Below are positions 18,099-27,266 of a DNA stretch of 64,000 nt, piece after piece. The translations under genes and the position numbers were made by a program. The DNA lies in the NCBI GenBank assembly GCA_964235665.1, contig CAXSAY010000007.1, positions 30,896 to 94,895 of the forward strand, read 5' to 3'. The stretch comes from an uncultured Acidobacteriaceae bacterium (lineage in GTDB: Bacteria > Acidobacteriota > Terriglobia > Terriglobales > Acidobacteriaceae). The notes below the pieces were generated by a model. That model saw only the letters and a program-made list of their open reading frames with translations. It had not been told where the DNA came from and ran no database searches. Each line of letters starts with the position of its first letter. Position 1 is the first letter of the stretch.

Positions 18099-19247
18099 CT
18101 AATGCACCCGCACCTGGTTGCCGCCCCGAGCCTTCACCCGATACATCGCGCGGTCGCATTGCTGCAGCAATGCGTTCCACCCGCGTACCTCTTCGTCCAT
18201 CTGCGCCACGCCAAAGCTCGCCCGCACCGTCATGACCGTCTCGCCGGAGACGCAGCGCATCTCCTCTACACAGCCCCGCAGCCGTTCGGCAATGTCGATC
18301 GCCTCATAGCGTGAGGTCCTCGGCAGGAGCACCGCGAACTCATCGCCGCCCAGTCGTGCCAGCCGGTCGTGGTCGCGCATCTCCGCCTCCAGGCAGCGTG
18401 CCACCCCCAGCAGCACGGCGTCCCCGCTCTGATGACCCCAGGCGTCATTCACTGTCTTAAATTCGTCGAGGTCGATCAGGATCGCCGAAAGCGGAAGATC
18501 ACTCGCCAGGCTGCTCAGCACCTCGCGTTCCGCCCAGAAGTCCAGCGCCCGCCGGTTCAGCAGACGCGTCAGCGGATCCGTCATCGCCTCCATCTCGAGC
18601 TCGCCATGGAGCCGCGCCGCCGTCATCCAAACAAACGCGATCGTCACGGCGCCCTGCAGCACCGTCGTCAGCAGCAGCGCCCAGCACACGGCGCCCCGGC
18701 TCTCGAGATAGTCCGCCGGTGCGCCGAAGCGCATCACCGCCACCGCCCGAAAGAGATTATTCGTGCTCAGCAGCACCAGCAGACCGCCCATCATCCACGC
18801 GGACCAGCGCAGCGTCCCCGCCGCGTGGCGCAGCACAAACGCCGCGCTTAGCCCCACCTGCGCGCTCAGAATCAGGCTGTACCACAGCAGCCGGTGCGGC
18901 GTATCTGGTGTCACCAGCGTCCATCGCCAGAGCACGCCGGCACACACTCCCGCCAGCGCCATCTGAAAGGCGCAGAACCGGCTGCGCTTGCCAAAGAACT
19001 CCGTGAACGACCGATGGAGACACACGTAGGAGAGCGAGAAGAAGAGATCGCCCAGCCAGATCGACAGCAGCTCAGGAATCGATCCACGCAGCGCGATCAG
19101 CATGGCGCCAGCAAACGCGCAGAAGGTAAACGCCGGAAACCATCGTGATCCGCGAGCCCCGCGATGAACCACCGAGTTCACGATGGTCAGCAGGGTAAAC
19201 AGTCCCAACAACGCCGCATGCTCGACATGCAGTGTATGCATATCCAT
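18099..19247 (-). CDS. membrane-bound diguanylate cyclase (GGDEF domain with I-site)
   Basis: N-terminal half has about 6 TM helices. The C-terminal GGDEF domain has an RLGGDEFAVLL active site and RDHD (RxxD) exactly 5 residues upstream. Confidence 0.9.
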   Translation of the reverse strand: MDMHTLHVEHAALLGLFTLLTIVNSVVHRGARGSRWFPAFTFCAFAGAMLIALRGSIPELLSIWLGDLFFSLSYVCLHRSFTEFFGKRSRFCAFQMALAGVCAGVLWRWTLVTPDTPHRLLWYSLILSAQVGLSAAFVLRHAAGTLRWSAWMMGGLLVLLSTNNLFRAVAVMRFGAPADYLESRGAVCWALLLTTVLQGAVTIAFVWMTAARLHGELEMEAMTDPLTRLLNRRALDFWAEREVLSSLASDLPLSAILIDLDEFKTVNDAWGHQSGDAVLLGVARCLEAEMRDHDRLARLGGDEFAVLLPRTSRYEAIDIAERLRGCVEEMRCVSGETVMTVRASFGVAQMDEEVRGWNALLQQCDRAMYRVKARGGNQVRVH

Positions 19248-19409
19248 GGCGAGAGCTCCATAGGTCCGTCATACCCTTGGTGCGGCAGCGAGAGGGGGGG
19301 GTCGCTGGACCCGCAGTCAAGGGGGCCCGTCCAGGGATGCCTCAAAAAGCAAACGGAGCGAAATCCCGCGGAGGCCCTCAGCTTAACACGGTACCGTTAC
19401 CTCGCCTAG

Positions 19410-20027
19410 CTACTTCTTTCCCGCCGGAACTGTCATCTCGGCCGGCCGGTGAACATAACTTTCAGCATCCCCAACGGTCAGTCGTGCCCACGTCCATCCC
19501 GTATGCTCCAGCACCAGCCCCAACCCCGTCGCGTCCCTCGCCGGCCGGAATACCGGTTCACTCAGAATTGATCCTCCAGGCGTGACTGCCGTCGTCAGAC
19601 GTACCCCGCCCAGACCCGGAACCTGGTCCCATCGTCGTCCCTGCTCATCCACCAGGTACGCCGTCAGTCCGGGCTCGCTCTCCGTGCGCTCCCGGTCGCG
19701 ATTTGTCACCCGCACCAGCACCCGCAAGAGCCGCTCCGGCTCCTCTCCTCGAACCAGAAAGCCGCGCGGCTCCTCGGCGTTCGTGACCGCATAGCACATC
19801 GACCCGAAACATCGCTCCTGCCCGACGTTGTATCGCCGGATCGGCTGCGCGAGAGAGACCCCCACCAAAACCGCCGCGTACCCCACCCAGATCGCACTCA
19901 AGGTGGCCGCACCTCGACGGAATCGAGCGGTCTCGCCCCGCAGGCGAGCAATGGCAACGCCCGCCATGCCCACCAGCGTCCACAGCACCAACCCCAGCAA
20001 TAACAAGCTACGCAGCCGCTCACCCAT
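19410..20027 (-). CDS. uncharacterised membrane-anchored protein (2 TM plus beta-rich extracytoplasmic domain)
   Basis: 205 aa. Two N-terminal hydrophobic helices, then a domain with alternating beta-like pattern (LLRVLVRVTNRDRE...). The family is a guess (DUF4352-like). Confidence 0.5.
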   Translation of the reverse strand: MGERLRSLLLLGLVLWTLVGMAGVAIARLRGETARFRRGAATLSAIWVGYAAVLVGVSLAQPIRRYNVGQERCFGSMCYAVTNAEEPRGFLVRGEEPERLLRVLVRVTNRDRERTESEPGLTAYLVDEQGRRWDQVPGLGGVRLTTAVTPGGSILSEPVFRPARDATGLGLVLEHTGWTWARLTVGDAESYVHRPAEMTVPAGKK

Positions 20028-20070
20028 AGCTCATCATCCCACCTGGGCTGCTAAACTCGCACCTGAGCCA

Positions 20071-20775
20071 ATGAACCCCATCATCATCGCCAAAGATCTC
20101 GGCAAAACGTATCGCACGGGAAAGGTTGAGGTTACAGCGCTCAAGAGCGTCAGCTTCGACGTCGCACCGGGCGAGTTCGTCGCCATCGTAGGCCCCTCCG
20201 GCTCCGGCAAGTCAACCCTCTTCCACGTCCTCGGCGGCCTCACCCAGGCGACCACCGGCTCGGTGACGATTGACGGCATCGACCTCGCGCCATTGTCCGA
20301 CAGCGCCCGCACCAGCCTCCGCAAATCTCGCATAGGCTTTGTGTTTCAACGCTTTAACCTGCTTCCAACGCTCTCCGCCATGGGCAACATCGAGATCGCT
20401 CACGAGATCTCCGGCAGCACAACACCCCTTGATCGCCCGCTGCTCACTCACCTCACCGATCTCCTCGGCATCAGCGGTCGCCTCGGTCACCGGCCCAACG
20501 AGCTCTCCGGCGGCGAACAGCAGCGCGTCGCCATCGCCCGCGCCCTCATCACGCGTCCCGCCATCGTCCTCGCCGATGAACCCACCGGCAATCTCGATAC
20601 CAAGAACTCCGATGCCGTGCTCGAAATGCTGCGCAGCTCCAGTCGCGAACTGAATCAGACCGTTCTCATGATCACGCACAACCCAGAGGCCGCCGCTATC
20701 GCGGACCGAATCCTCCATATGCGCGACGGGCAGATCACACGCATTGAAGCCGTTCACCACGCTGCGGCAGTCTAG
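20071..20775 (+). CDS. ABC transporter ATP-binding protein (LolD/MacB-ATPase-like)
   Basis: Walker [10 protein letters not shown], signature [15 protein letters not shown], Walker [14 protein letters not shown]-loop ITHN. ATG at 20071 ([14 protein letters not shown]); the track ORF extension overlaps the opposite-strand gene. Confidence 0.9.
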   Translation: MNPIIIAKDLGKTYRTGKVEVTALKSVSFDVAPGEFVAIVGPSGSGKSTLFHVLGGLTQATTGSVTIDGIDLAPLSDSARTSLRKSRIGFVFQRFNLLPTLSAMGNIEIAHEISGSTTPLDRPLLTHLTDLLGISGRLGHRPNELSGGEQQRVAIARALITRPAIVLADEPTGNLDTKNSDAVLEMLRSSSRELNQTVLMITHNPEAAAIADRILHMRDGQITRIEAVHHAAAV

Positions 20776-20779
20776 CTGC

Positions 20780-21415
20780 ATGACTCCCGATCCCGTGTAT
20801 CGCCGCCTCCAGAGCCCGAGGGAACACTACGCGGCCATGAACGAAGCCGAACTGATGGCCACTGCCCGCCTCTATGACACCTTGCGTGAGCCGGAGCAGG
20901 ACGCTCTGCGAGCCGAGTTCGCCGAGCGCGGTCTCGAGCCGCCGCTACTGGATGACGACGATGCGACCTCTCCGCCCCTTGATCAGAAGCTGGTCACCGT
21001 TGGGCGCTACCGCGATCTGTCCGAAGCCATTGTGGCGCGGTCCGTCATCGAAGGCGCCGGCATGTTCTGCTTCCTGCAAAACGAAAACATCGTTCGGCTC
21101 GACTGGCAGATCTCGAACTTCATCGGCGGCATCCGCCTCCAGGTCGCGGAGTCAGACGCCGCTGCGGCCGAAGAGATCCTTTCGGCCCCGGTCCCGGCCT
21201 CCATCGAGATGGAGGGCGAGCCAATCTACATCCAGCCGCGCTGTCCGCGTTGCGACTCGCTCGACATCAGCTTCGAAGGCGCTGGCCGCGGTGCCGCCCT
21301 CGCCGCCCTGTACCTCTTCTCGATCCCGGCGCCCATGGGAGAAAAGCGCTGGATGTGTCATCACTGCGGCCTGCTTTGGGCCGATGACGAGCGGGCCGAG
21401 GGCGCGCAGCGCTGA
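20780..21415 (+). CDS. DUF2007-like domain protein with C-terminal zinc ribbon
   Basis: VTVGRYRDLSEAIVARSVIEGAGMFCFLQNEN resembles the DUF2007 signal-transducing-like fold. CPRCDS ... CHHCG forms a 4-Cys ribbon. Starts 5 nt after the ABC ATPase stop. Confidence 0.55.
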   Translation: MTPDPVYRRLQSPREHYAAMNEAELMATARLYDTLREPEQDALRAEFAERGLEPPLLDDDDATSPPLDQKLVTVGRYRDLSEAIVARSVIEGAGMFCFLQNENIVRLDWQISNFIGGIRLQVAESDAAAAEEILSAPVPASIEMEGEPIYIQPRCPRCDSLDISFEGAGRGAALAALYLFSIPAPMGEKRWMCHHCGLLWADDERAEGAQR

Positions 21416-21448
21416 CCGCTGAAGTCCCGCACTGCGCACCAGCCGGGG

Positions 21449-23431
21449 CTACTTCGCGGAGAGCGCGTTGTTCGCCCGATCATCATCGGGCAATCTGTGG
21501 TCCGGATCGATCACGACGCTCGCCACCGGCTTCTCCCCGGCCCAGGTGACCTCGCTCTTATTCAGCCATGTCTCGACCGCCAGCCGGAAGTGCGTAGTCG
21601 TACCGTCCTTGTACCTCACCTCGACCGTCGCCGGCAGCACCAGCTGACCTTTGTTGGTGAACGTGACCGCCTCGCCGTCGATCGCCTTCACCGCAAGATC
21701 GTGCGTCCAGTTGTTCAGGTACCAGCCGCGCCAGAACCAGTCCAGGTCCTCGCCGCCCTCGCTGGCCATCGACCGCATGAAGTCTGACGGTGACGGGTGC
21801 TTGTACGCCCAGTCGCGAATGTACCTGCGGAACGCCCAGTCAAAGCGTTGCGGACCGAGGATCTGGTCACGCAGCAGCACCATGCCGAACGCGCCCTTGA
21901 AGTAGCTGACCGGGTGTCCCAGCTGCCACGTATACGCGTCCGCCGGCATCAGGATCGTCGGCGCGGCCGGGTTGTCGAGCACCTTCAGGATGGTGTCCGC
22001 CGGCTCGCCGCCAGCCGAGTACTCGGAGTCGCGCTTCGGTCCGTAGACACCGCCTTTGAAGTCGTCTGATTCGAAGATGTCGATAAAGGTGTTGAAGCCC
22101 TCGTCCATGAACGCATTACGCCGTTCGTTCGAGCCGACGATCATCGGGAACCAGTCATGGCCGATCTCATGCGCAGTGATCCAGAAGAGCGTCTTACCCT
22201 GATCCTCGATGCCGTCGAACACAATGCCCGGGTACTCCATGCCGGTAGAAAAGCCTGCCACATTGATCGCCGCGGGATATGGATAGGGAAACCACCGTCG
22301 TGAAAAGTTCTCGACCGCATCCTTCACGTACTCTGTCGATCGTCCCCAACCCTCATCGCCCGCGCTCTCCGGCGGATACACACTCATCGCCAGCGACGTC
22401 TTGCCCTCGGGCAGGTTGATGCGCGCCGCGTCCCACACAAAGACTGAGCTCGCACTCCACGCCACGTCGCGGGTGCTATCCATGTGGAAGTGCCAGGTGA
22501 GCGTACCGTCCTGCTTCGGCCGGCTGGCCGGGTCCGCCACCTCGGCGACGCTCCGGATCGTCACCGTCTTGTCGCTCGCGTGCGCTTGGTTCAGTCGCTC
22601 GATCTGCGTCTTGGTCAGCACCTCCTTCGGGTTCACCAGCTCGCCCGATCCGGCAACAATCATGTTCGCTGGAACCGTCGTGAAGTAATCGAAGTGGCCG
22701 TACTCGAGATAGAACTCATTGCCCAGATACGGCTGCGTATCCCAGCCGCGCAGATCGTCATAGACGCACATGCGCGGGTACCACTGGGCCATGTCGTAGA
22801 TCTCGCCCTGCTTGGACTTACCCCACGAGGTGCGGCCGCCCCACACGCCAGGAATCGCATAGTGGTAGGTGATGTGGATCTTAAGCTGTGCCCCTTTGCC
22901 CGCGAGCGGCTGCGCCAGGCGAATCTGCAGGCGCGTGTCATCCACCAGGGTCTCCGCCTTGCTGTGTTGCTTGCCTGCTTCGATCTCCACCGAGTCCAGC
23001 AGAAATCCTTCGCTGGTGCGATTGTTCGGGTTCTCTTCGGAGTCCGGCACCGGCTTTCGGCGAGGTCGGCCGCTGTTGACGATCGCGGCACGCGAGTCCT
23101 TGCGGTAAATATTTTGGTCGAGCTGCACCCACAGGCTGGTCAGCGTGTCCGGGCTGTTGTTCGTGTAGGTGATCGTCTCGGTCGCGCGCAGCTGCTTGGC
23201 AGCCGTATCAAGCGTGGCATGCAGCTCGTAGTCCGCCTCGTTCTGCCAGTAGGCCGGTCCCGGCGCCCCATTGCTTGAGCGATACGCGTTCACAGGCTGC
23301 GGCAAAGTCAGCGGAGCAAAGGTCAGCCTCGGATCGTAACTCGTGGCGTGCGTCGTCGCCGGGGTCTGTGCGAGCGCGAGCGGAAACAAAACGACAAGGG
23401 TGGCAAGCACCGTGAGGCGGCAGGCAGGCAT
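21449..23431 (-). CDS. M1 family zinc metallopeptidase (aminopeptidase N-like), secreted
   Basis: HEIGHDWFPMIVGSNERRNAFMDEGFNTF (HExxH-18-E). Signal MPACRLTVLATLVVLFPLALAQTP, so start set at 23431. Confidence 0.9.
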   Translation of the reverse strand: MPACRLTVLATLVVLFPLALAQTPATTHATSYDPRLTFAPLTLPQPVNAYRSSNGAPGPAYWQNEADYELHATLDTAAKQLRATETITYTNNSPDTLTSLWVQLDQNIYRKDSRAAIVNSGRPRRKPVPDSEENPNNRTSEGFLLDSVEIEAGKQHSKAETLVDDTRLQIRLAQPLAGKGAQLKIHITYHYAIPGVWGGRTSWGKSKQGEIYDMAQWYPRMCVYDDLRGWDTQPYLGNEFYLEYGHFDYFTTVPANMIVAGSGELVNPKEVLTKTQIERLNQAHASDKTVTIRSVAEVADPASRPKQDGTLTWHFHMDSTRDVAWSASSVFVWDAARINLPEGKTSLAMSVYPPESAGDEGWGRSTEYVKDAVENFSRRWFPYPYPAAINVAGFSTGMEYPGIVFDGIEDQGKTLFWITAHEIGHDWFPMIVGSNERRNAFMDEGFNTFIDIFESDDFKGGVYGPKRDSEYSAGGEPADTILKVLDNPAAPTILMPADAYTWQLGHPVSYFKGAFGMVLLRDQILGPQRFDWAFRRYIRDWAYKHPSPSDFMRSMASEGGEDLDWFWRGWYLNNWTHDLAVKAIDGEAVTFTNKGQLVLPATVEVRYKDGTTTHFRLAVETWLNKSEVTWAGEKPVASVVIDPDHRLPDDDRANNALSAK

Positions 23432-23573
23432 GGGCAGATCTCCTTCAGGGCCGGGCAGAAACTGTTGGGTTCCTCTGAGCATACCCGCAGCGCCGTCCGC
23501 GCCGGCTGCGAACGCGTCAAATCCCGCATGCGAAAATCGCAACGCGCGGTCCACCGTGCTCATAAGGACTGCT

Positions 23574-24461
23574 ATGCCCTGGTACGAACTCACTTCGCCA
23601 AACGATCCGAAGCTGCAGGAGCTTGCGGATCGCTTCCATCTGCACCCGCTTCATCTCGAAGATGCCCGATCCGACGACGAGCGCGTCAAGGTGGAACAGA
23701 CGCCGCACTACGCCTTTGCCGTGTTAAAACCGGTGCAGTTGAAGAAGGCTGGCGACAAGATCGAGGTGTCGTTTTCAACCATCGACATCTTCGCCGGGCA
23801 GGCGGACGGTGAAACGTTCTTCATCACGGTCGCAGAGCCCGACTGCGCGACCAGTCGCGAGGCACTCGCCCGGGCGCGGCGAGACGGTTCGGATGAGAAA
23901 CCGGCACGCCTGCTTTACCTCATCCTCGATACCATCGTCGATCTCTACTTTCCGGCAATCGATGCCTTCGATGACCAGATTGACGATCTCGAGGATCGCG
24001 TCGTCTCCCAGCCGGATCCGGTGGTGCTTCAAAGCGTCTTCGGCATCAAGCGGCAACTCGTCGATCTGCGACGTGTGCTGGTCGGCACCCGTGACGCCAC
24101 GCTGCACCTGCAGCGCGATCCTGATTCGATCATCGATGCCGAGCACCAGCCCTTTGTGCGCGACATCTACGACCATCTGGTGCGCCTCTTGGATTCCGTC
24201 GAGACGCAGCGCGATCTGGTCAACAACTCGCTCGATATCTATCTCTCGAGTGTCGCCAACCGAACCAACGAGGTCATGAAGGTGCTGACCGTTCTTGGCA
24301 CCATCGTGCTTCCGGTGTTGGCCATCTCCAGCATCTATGGCATGAATCTCAAGGGTCTGCCGTTTGAAGACTCCCCCCACGGAGCCATGTATGTCTCGCT
24401 GATGGCAATCGTGAGCACAGCGGCGCTGCTCCTCTTTCTCCGCAAGAGACATTGGCTTTGA
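23574..24461 (+). CDS. corA: CorA-family magnesium/cobalt transporter
   Basis: YGMNLKGLP (GMN motif) followed by two C-terminal TM helices. N-terminal MPWYELTSPNDPKLQELADRFHLHPLHLED is typical of CorA. ATG 23574. Confidence 0.9.
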   Translation: MPWYELTSPNDPKLQELADRFHLHPLHLEDARSDDERVKVEQTPHYAFAVLKPVQLKKAGDKIEVSFSTIDIFAGQADGETFFITVAEPDCATSREALARARRDGSDEKPARLLYLILDTIVDLYFPAIDAFDDQIDDLEDRVVSQPDPVVLQSVFGIKRQLVDLRRVLVGTRDATLHLQRDPDSIIDAEHQPFVRDIYDHLVRLLDSVETQRDLVNNSLDIYLSSVANRTNEVMKVLTVLGTIVLPVLAISSIYGMNLKGLPFEDSPHGAMYVSLMAIVSTAALLLFLRKRHWL

Positions 24462-24633
24462 CACGGACCCACGCGGAGCAACGGCACCACTTCACAGCAA
24501 CCAAAGAAGCAAGCCTGATTTTGATCAGGGGAAGCAGGAAGGTTGTTAGAAAAGAGTCTGTCGGGGCCGCATAGCGGCCGATCTCTGCATCCATCTCAGT
24601 ACTGCGCGGCCGAGCCGCACGGAGGAGAGATAT

Positions 24634-24903
24634 ATGACCGACTACCGCTTAGCCCCGGGCGAGGCTCAGGAAGATCAAGTAACAGCCGCTATCGAGCAAG
24701 TCACCTCAAAGATTCCGTCGAGCGCCTATCTCGGCATGGCCCTGGCCTCGATGGCAGTCTCGGTGGGCTTCAAGGCAGCCGGCAAGAGCGATAATGCCCT
24801 CTTCGTCGGGCAATGGGCTGCGCCCTTCCTGATCCTCGGCCTGTACAACAAGCTTGTAAAGCAGCATGGGTCCGATTCCACCTCAAAGGGTCTCGCAAGC
24901 TAA
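24634..24903 (+). CDS. small membrane protein, unknown function
   Basis: 89 aa. GGAGGAGAG SD before the ATG. Two hydrophobic segments (YLGMALASMAVSVGF, WAAPFLILGLY). Followed by a perfect palindromic terminator. Confidence 0.55.
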   Translation: MTDYRLAPGEAQEDQVTAAIEQVTSKIPSSAYLGMALASMAVSVGFKAAGKSDNALFVGQWAAPFLILGLYNKLVKQHGSDSTSKGLAS

Positions 24904-24922
24904 GCAATCCCCTCCAGAAAAC

Positions 24923-24944
24923 AAGGGCCCTCGCGAGGGCCCTT
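24923..24944. terminator. bidirectional hairpin terminator
   Basis: Perfect 22-nt palindrome aagggccctcgcgagggccctt between convergent genes. Confidence 0.75.
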
Positions 24945-24968
24945 CGTTACGCCTGACCTGCAGAGCCC

Positions 24969-25892
24969 TCACCAAAGCACGCCGCGGACCGGCACCTCCG
25001 GCTGCGGCAACTCGGTCTCGCCCAGCAGCTGACGCAGATTAATCTCGATCGTTCGCGTGATCGACGTCAGCGGAACATCATAGGTCTTGTTGTCGAATGG
25101 ATCCTCAAGATCACGGCCGATCTTATCGAGCGCGAGAAACATAAAGCCGACCAGCGTCGATCCAAGCGGCGTAAACCAGCCCAGATTCTCAACCATCCCG
25201 ATCGGCAGCAGCAGACAATAAATCTGCACAAACAGCATGGGAAAGAAGTCATACTGCTTCGGCATGGGCGTGTTTTTGAGGCGCTCCGTGCCTCCTTGCG
25301 CGTCCGCCAGATCATCCAGATTGCGATCCATGGACTGCCACTCCAGCTGGTCAATCCATCCGCGGCGCTTGCTCTCCCGCAGCAGCCGTCCTATCTGCTG
25401 CTGAAGGCTGAGTGGAACATTCTTCGACGCCTGTAACGCAGCAATCTCGTCGGCATCAAGCAGCGGCTCAATCTCCTCCCACGGGCTCAGCTTCCGCAAG
25501 TGCTGCCGCAAAGCGTGAACATATGCGATCTGGTGCATCACCAGGCGTCGCTGCATGGCCATAAGATCAGCACCGTCCGTTCCATGCTGCTCCGGCTGGG
25601 GGTGCATGGTCGAGCAGACCTGCCGCGCCAGCGATCGGCTGTTATTCACGACTTGGCCCCACAGGCCGCGACCCTCCCACCATCGCGCATAGGCCGAGTT
25701 GTTGCGAAAGCCGACGATAATGCCGATCGCCGACCCATAGAGCGCCAGCGGAACGTTCTTCGAGCCGACCCATTCCCAGTGCAGCACTTTGAACGCAACC
25801 ACAATCGCAACATCCCACGCGACCAGTGCCACCAGCGGCCAGCCGACGTACCGCAACATGCGCCCAAGTTGAGGAGCTTTGGGAACAATCAT
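24969..25892 (-). CDS. bestrophin-family (UPF0187/YneE-like) ion channel
   Basis: 307 aa. GFRNNSAYARWWEGRGLWGQVVNNSRSLARQ is the hallmark region of bacterial bestrophin homologs. 4 TM segments. Confidence 0.8.
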   Translation of the reverse strand: MIVPKAPQLGRMLRYVGWPLVALVAWDVAIVVAFKVLHWEWVGSKNVPLALYGSAIGIIVGFRNNSAYARWWEGRGLWGQVVNNSRSLARQVCSTMHPQPEQHGTDGADLMAMQRRLVMHQIAYVHALRQHLRKLSPWEEIEPLLDADEIAALQASKNVPLSLQQQIGRLLRESKRRGWIDQLEWQSMDRNLDDLADAQGGTERLKNTPMPKQYDFFPMLFVQIYCLLLPIGMVENLGWFTPLGSTLVGFMFLALDKIGRDLEDPFDNKTYDVPLTSITRTIEINLRQLLGETELPQPEVPVRGVLW

Positions 25893-25896
25893 GCGC

Positions 25897-26586
25897 TCAG
25901 CCCTCCTGACCCGTCACGAGATCCCCTTCGGCTTCCTCCATCGTCACGTGGTGAAATTCGCGCGAGTCCTCCTCAGCAATCCGCACCTCTCCTGAGCCGA
26001 TGTCGTACACCCAGCCCGAGATGGACAGGTCCCCGCGTGCCATGGCGCCGGCAACGGAGGGATGCGTCTTAAGATGGGCGAGCTGCATCAGCACATTCTG
26101 CTCCGTAACCACCGGCAGCAGTGCGCGGCCATCGTCTGCCTGCAGGCTTTCGGCAACAGACAGCGCCGCCTTTCCGTTGTTCAGCCAGCTCTTTACCGTG
26201 GGCATGCCTTCAGTCGCTTCAGGGTGCAGCAGAGCCTTCATCGCGCCACAGTCGGAGTGCCCGCAGATCACCACATGCTTCACGCCGAGCGCCGAAACCG
26301 CGTACTCAATCACGGCCGAAACACCGCCCAGCATCTCGCCATAGGCCGGTACCATATTGCCGATGTTGCGCGTGATGAAGACCTCCCCTGGTCCGGAGTT
26401 CGTGATGGTCTCAACATCCACACGCGAATCAGCGCAGGCGACGACCAGCGTATGCGGCTTTTGCGGCGTGCTCGCCGCATGCTGGTAAGCCTCCGCATTT
26501 TGTTCGTAGACGTTTCGGCGAAAGTGACGAACACCTGTCTTCAGTCTGTCCAGAATAGCGGTCATGGCAGAATTCTCCTCGGTCAA
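25897..26586 (-). CDS. beta-class carbonic anhydrase
   Basis: Zinc ligand motifs VACADSRVD and VICGHSDCGAMKA; 229 aa. Its stop lies 4 nt upstream of the bestrophin start. Confidence 0.9.
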   Translation of the reverse strand: MTEENSAMTAILDRLKTGVRHFRRNVYEQNAEAYQHAASTPQKPHTLVVACADSRVDVETITNSGPGEVFITRNIGNMVPAYGEMLGGVSAVIEYAVSALGVKHVVICGHSDCGAMKALLHPEATEGMPTVKSWLNNGKAALSVAESLQADDGRALLPVVTEQNVLMQLAHLKTHPSVAGAMARGDLSISGWVYDIGSGEVRIAEEDSREFHHVTMEEAEGDLVTGQEG

Positions 26587-26665
26587 GCAGACGTTCTTTG
26601 GGCTTCAGGGAAGCATCATTCCTGTCTCAGCAGTCTCGTTCCTCGCGCGCGAGCTCCAAGCAGCC

Positions 26666-27241
26666 TTACCCATCGCGCCACTTGATGCTGCAGCCAATGC
26701 CCGGCGTCTGCTCAGGAGCTGGCACGACTCCGGATAGTACGGCCTTCAGCGCCGCTCGCAGGTCTTCACCCGTGACCGGCACGTCATTGCCCGAGTCCTT
26801 GCGACGCGGCCGCGACCCATCGAGTTGACCCCGGTAGACCAGCCGCGCCTCGGCGTCGAACAGAAACAGATCCGGCGTGCACACCGCGTCGTAGCTGCGT
26901 GCGACCTCCTGCGTCTCGTCCAGCAGGTAGGGGAAGTTCCAGCCCAGTCGCTGTGCCTGCGCGCGCATCCCGTCCGGACCGTCCTCAGGATATTGCGCAA
27001 CGTCGTTTGGCTGAATAGCCACAATGCCGATCTGCTCACCAAACTCCGCACCGATACGACCCAGCTCCGCCTCGACATGCTTCACATACGGGCAGTGCAC
27101 GCAAACGAACAGCACCAGCAGCCCCTGCTTTCCGGCAAGCACATCATCCCGTCCAACTGCTTTGCCCGAAAGAACATCCTCAAGCTCGAACGGAGGAGCG
27201 TCACTGCCCAGAGACACCATTGCAGATTCCAGCTTTGCCAT
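26666..27241 (-). CDS. thioredoxin-fold (redoxin/AhpC-TSA-like) protein
   Basis: LLVLFVCVHCPYVKH CxxC motif in a thioredoxin-like context. Start chosen at MAKLESAMVSLGSDAPPFELEDV. Confidence 0.7.
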   Translation of the reverse strand: MAKLESAMVSLGSDAPPFELEDVLSGKAVGRDDVLAGKQGLLVLFVCVHCPYVKHVEAELGRIGAEFGEQIGIVAIQPNDVAQYPEDGPDGMRAQAQRLGWNFPYLLDETQEVARSYDAVCTPDLFLFDAEARLVYRGQLDGSRPRRKDSGNDVPVTGEDLRAALKAVLSGVVPAPEQTPGIGCSIKWRDG

Positions 27242-27266
27242 ACACATCCTTTCAGGACCGGCCTGA

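Noticed and set aside
19828-20070. 81-codon N-terminal extension of the ABC ATPase ORF
   Set aside because: It overlaps the convergent/divergent 205-aa gene on the other strand. The ATPase family begins at [14 protein letters not shown] (ATG 20071).
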